This document shows, piece by piece, positions 53,349 to 64,000 of a stretch of 64,000 nucleotides of DNA. Origin of the DNA: Octopus sinensis. Taxonomy: Eukaryota. The position numbers were made by a program, and so were the translations under genes. Within the stretch, counting starts at the first letter, position 1. Each line of letters starts with the position of its first letter. A model generated the notes under the pieces. It did no database searches. It saw only the letters and a list, made by a program, of their open reading frames with translations, and had not been told where the DNA came from. The DNA lies in NCBI RefSeq assembly GCF_006345805.1, contig NC_042998.1:137950001-138014000 (forward strand). The letters run 5' to 3'.

Positions 53349-56300
53349 CTTCCAGAGTTTAATAGAAACGACTTCAAGTCTACCTAAAATAGAAGAAACA
53401 TTAACCATTATTGAAATATTAATTAAATAAACCACGATTTATTATGAAAGTTGGTTTAAGTGTAAAGATAGAATAATAAATTAAGAAGTTGTTGATATAA
53501 TTCTTTTACGAACAAAAGGGATTGGATGATACGGTAGAAAGATGAACAGTCTAATGACAAATCATTTGTTGATTTTGACATTCATCTCTCTGCGGTTGAC
53601 TATTCATATAACTGATCCAAACGATGATCTCTGAAAATAGCTTTCATCCCGGAAGATGATACTTACACTCTGAAAATTTACATTCTTGTGCAAATGAAGT
53701 AAATCCCTATATTTTTTTAATGACCGTAAATGTGATGAGTTAGCATAATGGCTCAAACCGGAATATTTGCCGATATTTTTCCTTAATTATCAATATTTGA
53801 TATAACGGGGTTGAGCTTGCCTAATCGTTAGCATGTCGGACTAAATGCTTAGCAGCATTTCTTCTGGCTTTAATCTCTAGTTTCAAATTTTGACGAAGTC
53901 GACTTTGTCTTTTATCCTTTCGGGGTTGATAAAATAAATACCAGTTGAACACTAGGGTCGATGTAATCGACTAGCTGTCTCATCCTGCAAAATTTCAGGC
54001 CTTGTGTCAATAGTAAAAAACATTATCAATAATTCGTCTTAAAAAATTGCTTGGCAATAAATGAAGTTATTCTCGTCTCTCAATGCTCATTCTGAATTTA
54101 AGTTTTGTGAGGGTCAACTACACTCCTGATTATTCCTGACTTCAATAAAATTAGTACCAGTACATCGTTGCTTATATAACATATATAATACGTAAACAAA
54201 CGTGAAAGCTGTAATATTTTGTCTTAGGGAAACTTCTCAAAGAGACCTTTATGTTAAAACTCACAGGATTTCATTCAGTACCATTATCATAATGGAGGAA
54301 TTCAAATTTTGGCACAAAGCCAGCCAGTTCAGAGGAGGAGGTAAGTCGATTACATCGACTCCAGTTCTCAACTGTCACTTATTTTATCGACCGTGAAAAG
54401 ATGAAAGATAAAGTTGACCTCAGCGAAATTTGAACTCAGAACGTAAAGACAGACGAAAGCATTTTGCCCGGCGTGTTTAACGACTGTGCCAGCTCACCAC
54501 CTTGTTGGACGAATTAATTTGACTGCAAAATAATGTAGCCTTATGTCAAATCAGAAGAAGCCAATATTTTTATTGACACAATGAACACCATAGAGTAGCC
54601 AGTAATAAGTTCAGAAGAATTAAGTTTGCAAGCCGGTTTCGAATTATAGTTGATAATAAAATATTTAATTTTATTTCCACTTTTTTCTCTTCCAGTCGCT
54701 GAATAACAACCATAATCATCAGTTCAAAAGATGTTAACGGTTGTTCACTCTCGGAACCAAGTGACTCTGGTCAGTGTCATCGATATAGTTCCATCTTCTA
54801 GGATCCTGTGAGTATTATCATCGGTAGATTTTCACTTGATTCTTGCTCCGAAACAGCACATCCGCCATTTTGCTCTCAAGACTTCTAGTGGTGATTTTCA
54901 TTTAGTCTTATCCCTGGCTTCAAACATGACCAGGACTAAATTCCTTTCTCCATCCTCCGTCCTGGTATAATTCTTTGATTTTGTAGGGATATGCAAGTAT
55001 CACTACCACTATCAGATTCAACCTGATAATGATTATAATGATGATGACGAAGCTAATAATGATGACGACGACGATGATGATAATGATTTCTCCTTTCCAC
55101 AAAAAAAAATAAATAAACCAAAAAAAATCACGATAAGATACTACACAACTACACTCCTCTTTCACAATAAATTGCAAATCCCTGTGAGAAATAAATAGAC
55201 TTTATTAACGGGAAGCTGCTGTGTTTAACATTCAATGTTTATCTCTTCATATACACTAATATGAGTAGTATGAATATTGACGTACAGTATTCAAAGAGAA
55301 ATGTTAGCTACAGACATAGCAATAAAGAGACGGGATGGAAGTTTTATTAAGTATTAGTATAGCAGTGTTTAAGGGTCAATGTCAGCTTATTGACACACAT
55401 CTGAAGCTAATGATCACTGTTAATTATCATTACTTAGCCACAGATTTTAGGGGTTGAATATCATTAGGGTAATTATGGATATGATTAAAGGAAAATAAAT
55501 TAAAAGCATTAATTTCCTTTACGCTTCTACCGTTCCCTTATCGCAAAGTACAGGGTGTTATATTTATAAGTGAAGCAAAATGAGATTGCATGACATCCTT
55601 GTCTTTCTCGGTAGCGTTAACAAAGGAAGAAACGAGAAGGAAATGACTACAACTGAAATAGTTTCGTGACCACGGATTTCTTTTCTCGAGAGATCAGTGT
55701 TTTTTCTCTATTGTGGACTAGTTTTTTTTTTTGTAAATTTTGGTTATTGTTTTGTTCGCCCCCTTTTTTTTCGGTTTTTGAGAGATGATCAAAATAGCTT
55801 GTGAAGCAAAGCGAACCACATCTCAGGAATTATGCTACGAATTACGTCACCGTTTTCACGGTCCATATGATCTCATGACTTACATTATAGTTTTTCATGT
55901 GAATGCTGATAACTATCATAATTACATGGACACGAAACTCTATACAGACAGACAGACAAAGTGCGCATGCACACACGCACACATACATACACACACATAC
56001 ATGCATACGCACCTACATATATGTAATCACAAATTAATATATCTGGGAATCCCCAAGAGTCATCTTGATTTAAATGAAAATGCCTTGTTAATATCAGGTT
56101 TGAATTCTGCAAGGAAAATTATTTACATACATACATAATTCATACATACATACATACATACATACATACATACATACCAATAATAATTGGGGCCTATGGT
56201 TTTGTTAGTAAATGCTTAAGTGATTATCTGGATGAGCTGTGGTATTCAGAAAAAGAAATTAACCACGTAACATGCACATTAAAAATATAATCTGTAAGCG

Positions 56301-56469
56301 GAACAATAAAAATATGCAAGACTTTCCTCAACTTCAAAATGTGATTCTGTTTTTGTTCACTACATTCCAACAATGGAACTTTGTGTTTTTGTTAGAAAGC
56401 AACACCTTCCTTACAGGAAGACTTCAAATAATTTAAAACAGAAGAGAACATACACATATATACACATAT

Positions 56470-56507
<38 letters not shown>

Positions 56508-56518
56508 CACACACACAC

Positions 56519-56570
<52 letters not shown>

Positions 56571-56572
56571 AA

Positions 56573-56764
56573 ATGAATAAATGAAAGAATGGAGTCGAAC
56601 GAAGATTTTAACAAAATTCCTTTACTTTCAACACATGATGAGAAGACGGCATAATGCACCGTCTATTCGTTCGGAATTAAGAATATGCAGTCTTCGAAAC
56701 ATGTGTTGAAAGTAAAGGAATTTTGTTAAAATCTTCGTTCAACTCCATTCTTTCATTTATTCAT
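56573..56764. repeat. 192-bp hairpin: ~65-bp near-perfect inverted repeats enclosing an HHR-like core
   Basis: Arms 56573-56637 and 56700-56764; centre reads acac-aTGATGA-gaagac...gtcttc-GAAA-cat-gtgttg. Confidence 0.8.
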
Positions 56765-56908
56765 AAAAAAAAATACACAAATTACCACTCAAGAACACGG
56801 GGTTTCTACCCTTGGCATGTAGCTACAACCGTGTTTTCTGATGTGAATTTGCTACCAAGGTATCGATTAACCGAATTATCAATACTAGGATAATTCATTC
56901 ACCTACTT

Positions 56909-56977
<69 letters not shown>

Positions 56978-57052
56978 ATATAATAAATAAATAAAATATA
57001 TGCATATATACATACATATATGTACATACTTACATCTACATGTATATATACA

Positions 57053-57104
<52 letters not shown>

Positions 57105-57759
57105 ATATATATGAGTACAGGACACTACAAATAAACGTGGAACACAACGAGAAACGAAAACATAAAATCAAACAAGGAAACGGACTTTTTTTAACAACGA
57201 AAAAACAAGGAAACGGACTTTTTTTTAAACAACGAAAAACAGAGTACAGGACGAACAATACAAGGAAAATTCCCCTTCATCAGCTGCCCCTGGTTCGACT
57301 CAATGCGTGTTTCGAAGGTAAGGGCAGAACACGGCCAGACCGAAGCAGTCCTTCCTGCAAAAGGAATTAAGTAAAATCTTTTTGCAGAGGAGTAAAACAA
57401 GTGACAAGAACAGGACGTAAAAGCAATACAAATGAAGAAAAAACAGTAGAAAAAACAATACAAATAAAGAAACAGGACCGGGAACCAACAATAAGGGCTT
57501 TTTTGTCCAATGCTAATGTTTTTAAATAATACACTTGATTTCCTTGGAAATATCATCCAAAGAAAGATTTTAACATGTTCTGAAATATTTTCTGTTTCAT
57601 TCCATGCGATTCGTATCTGGATTCTTTAGAAACGGCAACAAATCAAAATCTGTTTTATACTTACTATGTTGTTTCATTCATTTACAACTGTCTCGTTTTT
57701 TGAAGCTGGAGCATGAAGCAAGTCACTAGCACTGTCTACTGAGACAGGGCTCGCTCCAG

Positions 57760-57804
<45 letters not shown>

Positions 57805-59710
57805 ATATATATATATCTTACGTATATATGATATGATTTGTACGAGTTGTTTAACTATGCTCCATAATTACTCTGTAGACTAATGTCACAGCTCTACATA
57901 TTTTAAATTATGTATTTATCGAGGACTTTGTGGTATCACGCCTCAGATTAGTTAGGTCAAAATGTGCTGCATTTAATACTCACACACATACATGCATGCA
58001 TACATACATACATACATACATACATACATACATACATACATACATACATACATACACATACCCACACGTAAACATATACAGATATAAAACATACGCACAA
58101 ACACATATACATTAGGGGGCTAGACATATATGTTAATTTCTAAAAGCAGAATAATGTGAAATCTCTAGATATTTATCGATATTTATCATAAACGGGTGGA
58201 TGAAAGGGTTTCGTGGGTCGATATATCCCTATGGCTTTCTATTAATTCTTTGATGTTTTGAATGAGAACAATTTTCACCCGTCAGATGCTACAATAATCA
58301 ACTAGATCATCGATATGAATTAAACCTATGTTAAAGGATAAATCTGCAAAGGCCTTTGATAGATTTATTATCCAGTTTGAAAGGCATCTTACACATATGA
58401 AGTCAGATGTGAACGATAAAGTGGATTAATGACAGTGAAGTCCAGTCGATGCAGAAGCCGCATCTAGCCTGGAATTACAAAAGAGGAGAATTAAGATGGT
58501 ATTTAATTGCAGCAAAATGTACTCAGCGAACGAATAGAACTATATTTAATTAAAAAAACCTGCAAAACTGTGTTAATTAATGGCTGTCAGTTCTCTTAGA
58601 CAACTAACAAACTACAACGGAAATGGCTTTTAGAGATATATTTTTGCCGAAGACGAAACATAGAAACCGATAGAAAAGCAATTTGCAATAGCTATGTCCA
58701 GTCTACAAAACTGGAGAAATATTTCTGCTGCAAGACACTGTTTCTAAAATTCGGGTTGAAGAGTTTACTATCAGAATTATGGACATAAGCTTTATGTCTC
58801 TACTGTAGGAAAATCAATTCAGTTCTGCCAAAAATTTTATGGGTTAAAACCTTTACGTGACCGTAGAAATAACCTGAATGCGTCTTAATTGAAAAAAAAA
58901 AAAAAAGAAAAAAAATGATGTCGGAAAGCTATAATATCAACTCTGCTATTCCGACAAACATCTATACGAACTTTCTTATAGGCACTTTAAATTGGTATAA
59001 GCAACAAGTAGCTTACTGTTGGTTGGAAAAATTTATTATCCTTTAGTCAAGAGGAAAGGCAGTGTCCATGACACTTTACAGGGTATCCGAATGTAGTAGG
59101 AGGGAGGAAGAGCAGGAAAGTTTCCTTAAACTAGAAACATGACTCAAATGTTTGCAATTGACCGGATTTCGCTGTGCCAGAAGGTGGTGTTAGACCGGGT
59201 GGTGGATTAAGTATATAGCCATATGTGTGTGTGTGTGTGTATAGTGTTATGTATGTGTGTATTTAAATACATGTAAGTATATATGTAAGTATATATGTTT
59301 GTATATGTCTTTATCTATGCATATATATTGTACATCGTACACTCATTATTGAGCTTTTCATCTATGCTTTCCCATCTACATTGTATTATAATCTCACCTT
59401 TAACACCAAATTTGCAATCCTATTCTTTCAAATAAGTTATTTAGTATTAATTAATTATTTTCTGGATATACATTCCTCCCATTTTAAATAAGGTTTCTTT
59501 CCCGATCTTATCGTAATATGTTTATATTTATATTTATATTTTACTGTAAATTTCTCATCCTCCATCCAACCAAATTGTAATGAGAACTACACCGTTCTGT
59601 TTTGAAGATCAGTTACCCAATCAAATTTAAATGCTTATTCGTAGAATTGATTTATATTATATCATATTATACTACATGTAGTATCACGATTTTAATTCAG
59701 TTTTCATCAC

Positions 59711-59752
59711 AATTGTCCGATGAACGGGGATGTGAAACTCCGAGTAACAGTT
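59711..59752 (+). ncRNA. Minimal type I HHR-like motif with CCGATGA (U4C) core
   Basis: aattgt-CCGATGA-acg-ggga-tgt-GAAA-ctccgag-TA-acagtt; all three stems pair. Confidence 0.55.
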
Positions 59753-59884
59753 TTATGAGCATTTTGCAGCTAAAATAAAAGTATATATTATATATATATT
59801 ATATATATATATATATATATTAATATATATATAATATATACTTTTATTTTAGCTGCAAGATGCTCATAGGTGCTTTAACTGTAC

Positions 59885-61154
59885 ACTGGGTGGCGGTGAA
59901 CAGGTCGATCAAGACCTGCTCACCCAAAAAGGCGACTTCAGTCAAGACCTCCTTCGAGACGGCTTCCAGCCAGGTCTTCAAGTTCTGTGCCTTGGACTTC
60001 AGTGCCCTATGGTTCCTATTTTCTTGGAACCGAGTGGTGTTGCTGAAGAAACATCTTCCTCATCCTCATTGGTCTCCATTAGAGCTGTCTGTATGACGGT
60101 CTCCGTGGCGTTCGTTACTCTGCTAACCTGGCTGTTATTATACTGCTCCAGCCAAAACAGGCGAAACTTAGGATTGACGGCAGCGGCCAGCTGGCACTCC
60201 AGGTCTTCTAGGAGGAGTCCAAACCTTTTCATGATGCCTGCCAGTATCGCGTCTGCAGTACAAGAAGTGTTTGAACTTGGCCTCCTTCAACTTCATGACG
60301 GTGGCTGCTACAGTTGGCAGAAGGCTCCCAAGCTAGGCCCGGTTTTCCCACTGGATTTTATCCAAGGCCTTGGCAACATTAGACATTACCTGGGCGTACT
60401 CTGTCAGGAAGACGACATCAGAATCAGTGAAGGTCTGCAGCTTCTGCTGTGACATCACCCTGTGGGAAGCTCCCATATTCTTCTCCAGCAGGTTGTTGAG
60501 GATAACAATAGAGTCACAAGCAGAATTCCATCTGGTACTGTTGGGAACCACCAGCCTCCTCTTCAACGCGTCAAGAATACCGTCTGCCGTCTGCGGCTCT
60601 GCAGATTCCACAGCCGCTGTGCATTGGACAGGGCCTTCGTGTAGACCGACTTGAACGAAGCACTGTCAAGAGCCTTGTCGAAATTCACGCTGGCTACCAA
60701 GTTGAAAGTATGGGCTGTGCACTTCATGTGCACTGGCAGGTCGAGGCCGCTGGATCCGTCAAGGGCGGCATCAACAGAGATGTTTTCAACTTCGTCTACA
60801 TCCCCAGCCTCAGGATCCACGTCCAGGTCAACATCCGCGACGCCCTCCATGTCCGGATCGTCAGCAGCCTCAGGAATGTCTGGCAAGTGTTCAACTTCTG
60901 CACCAAACCGCATAATTGCATTGACAAAGATTTTGCCGTTGTCTGTCGTGGTCCTGGTCACCTTGCTTTGCAGATGGAACCTGTAATGGGTGTCCATCAT
61001 GACCTATTCGAGAACATCAAAGGTGTAATGCCCTCTGAGCCGAGAACAGGCCAGGGCGGCGTGTTGTCTCGTGGGGGTCTTGGGATCCAGCCAGTGTACC
61101 GTCATCCCCAGGCAGGACCTGTTGTGGGCCGACCAGCAGTCTGCCATTTCTATC

Positions 61155-61155
<1 letters not shown>
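59885..61155 (-). pseudogene. hAT-superfamily transposase fragment (GC-rich), stops and frameshifts, no TIRs seen
   Basis: ADCWS...LGMTVHW; TTTDNG; HMKCTAHTFNL; VPNSTRWNS; LAAAVNPKFRLFWL; truncated at LIDLF (start of the hATC domain). Confidence 0.88.
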
Positions 61156-61209
<54 letters not shown>

Positions 61210-61296
61210 CTTAGTTACAATATCATAAATCAGGAGAAGAGCATACCCTATAAAATATAGAGCAGTTGTTTATTTTTGTATGTGTAACGTAATATG

Positions 61297-61359
61297 TTAG
61301 GAAAACCCCATTGGTTTCATATCTAGCGTGAACTAGACATTTCTTCAGTTTCTCTAAAC
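61297..61359 (-). ncRNA. Type I HHR-like motif with intact CTGAAGA/GAAA but decayed stem I
   Basis: Reverse complement gtttagagaaa-CTGAAGA-a-atgtctag-ttcacg-ctagatat-GAAA-ccaatggggttttcctaac; AATAAA follows. Confidence 0.45.
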
Positions 61360-62051
61360 GATAACCGTTCTCTGCATAGAAGGTTTTTTTAAACACAAGA
61401 ACGCGGGTGATAGCTCAAGAAATATTCCTCTTAAAAATTATGGCCTAGCGAGTTGTCTTCCTTCGCTTGATAGCTAGGTTTTCCAATTCTGAAGTAAAAA
61501 ACGCGAAAATGTGGACAACTCTCCACGGCTTGACAACCGATGCTAGTGCTTTTACGTCCCTGTAACTTAGCGGCTCGGCAAAAGTGACCGACAGAATAAG
61601 TACTAAGTTTACAAAGAATAAGTCCTGGGGTCGATTTGCTCAACTAAAGGCGATGCTCCAGCATGGCCGCAGTCAAATGACTGAAATAGGTAAAAGAATG
61701 AAAAATATGTAAAATATTAAGATAATTGACGAAAAATATCCTCAATAAAATGCTAATTGATAAATATAAATTTTTATTAAAACAAAACATGCGGGTGAAG
61801 CGAATCTCGTGGTGTGAAGAATCAACATAACGTGCGGGTGAAGTGAGACACAATACAACGTGCGGTTGTTATGGTAACAAGTTGTTAATGCCTCGCTGTC
61901 TGTCGATTGGCTAAAATTACACAAATTACACAAATCAAAATTCAGAACTGCATCGATACACCAAAATTGAAAACAATCTGAGCAAAATTAAAGGGGGCTG
62001 ATTTTGTTTATCAGTTTAACTAGATCCAGTGTGTGTGCACGTGTCCTGAGG

Positions 62052-62124
<73 letters not shown>

Positions 62125-62491
62125 AGATAGATACATAGATAGATAGATAGTGTGAGAGAGAAAGAGGGAGAAAAGAAAAAGAAGGATAGAGTTTGAGATT
62201 TGAGGTATAAATATTTTCCAAACGATGTGAGCATCAACTTGACTGTTTACTTACCCAATAAAAACTTCTAAAACTGGTGAAAACTTCGTATTCGATAGAA
62301 ACTTCCTGTGTTGTGTGTCGTAATGTTGTCGTAATTGTTAGTGTCTCGTCTCTCTTTTAATGTGTTTGTGATGCGTTTGTGTCGTTCAGTTTTGTTGCTG
62401 TCGCTGTTGACGTCTGTCACTTTCTTGTTTTGACCTTCCTTTGCAAGTGGCAAATCTCTTTAAATACAATGCTTTTTTTGTCACCGTCTGC

Positions 62492-62536
<45 letters not shown>

Positions 62537-62539
62537 TCA

Positions 62540-63285
<746 letters not shown>

Positions 63286-63320
63286 TGTAGCATAGTCGTA
63301 TTTACACGTGTGTAAGTATA

Positions 63321-63539
63321 CAGTAATCCCTCGCCATATCGCGGTTCACCTATCGCGGTTTATTATTTAAGCTTAGGTCGATTCCTTCGTGGTGTTGTTT
63401 TGCACTTATGATAAAATGAATAAATACAAATGATAAAAAATATTAAAAAAATATACAGTACTGTACTATTTCTACGGATTTTCACCTTTCGCAGGGGGTG
63501 GGTTTGAACGTAACACCCGCGATAGCAGAGGGATTACTG
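63321..63539. mobile_element. 219-bp pogo/Tigger-type MITE
   Basis: TIR CAGTAATCCCTC(G/T)..ATCGCGG; TA on both flanks. Confidence 0.88.
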
Positions 63540-64000
63540 TAAATCAATGCCTCAGATATACAGTTGTACGTATGTATGCATGTAAGCTCGTCCTCCTAGC
63601 GTTCAGAAGAATTTTTCTATCGTCTTGATTTAATAGCCCTCAACGTTTGTTCTTACTCTTTTGTTCTCGCTGTTCTGTTCTTGTTACCACTTTCACCCTC
63701 CGCAAAAAATCTCAAATTTTATTTAATTTGCTTTCCGGAAAGAATTGTTTCATCGAAGTCGCGTCTTGTCCTTACCTTTCCAACGCGGAGTAGATGAAAC
63801 TGGGACAACTCATACATATTCACACACGCGTACAAATGAATCTATATACACGTCTATACAAAATTGCTAACGGTTAGTTAGGAGAGACACAAATAAGAAA
63901 GAAGAAAACAAAAGATCACTGATGCGGTCACCGGAGTGTGATGAAAGAACTCTGGCCGAAATAAGATTAAGATTAATGTAAAAAATAAATAACACTGAAG

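Noticed and set aside
52414-53430. + strand ORFs of 93 and 227 aa
   Set aside because: Antisense shadows of the LRR CDS with no recognisable motifs.
58200-58900. Possible P-element/THAP9-like transposase remnant
   Set aside because: Only vague motif echoes across many stops; needs a profile search.
60009-61228. + strand ORFs of 94-172 aa
   Set aside because: Antisense shadows of the GC-rich hAT fragment.
63915-63975. CTGATGC...GAAA hairpin as an HHR
   Set aside because: A9 is altered and there is no stem I partner or NUH after GAAA.

Overview
AT-rich, microsatellite- and SINE-dense animal genomic DNA, most consistent with an octopus/coleoid cephalopod (inferred from repeat families, not a database search). 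Two host genes are supported. One is a six-exon S1A serine protease on + (1701..18903, 266 aa if exon 1 is right) with an intact His/Asp/Ser triad and an unusual Gly189/Asp226 S1 pocket. The other is a single-coding-exon, probably GPI-anchored LRR protein on - (52380..53348). The rest is mostly mobile DNA: a near-intact Merlin transposon, Tc1, maT (DD37D) and hAT remnants, several MITEs (one as an 830-bp palindrome), Penelope-like element (PLE) fragments and many tRNA-derived SINEs. The strongest hidden signal is a set of minimal type I hammerhead ribozyme (HHR) motifs. Two have intact cores and sit 403 nt apart in an apparently identical tandem repeat, in sense orientation within protease intron 3, which is a retrozyme/circRNA-like arrangement. 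Several other HHR families with variant or decayed cores occur elsewhere in the window. All alignments and RNA folds were done by eye.
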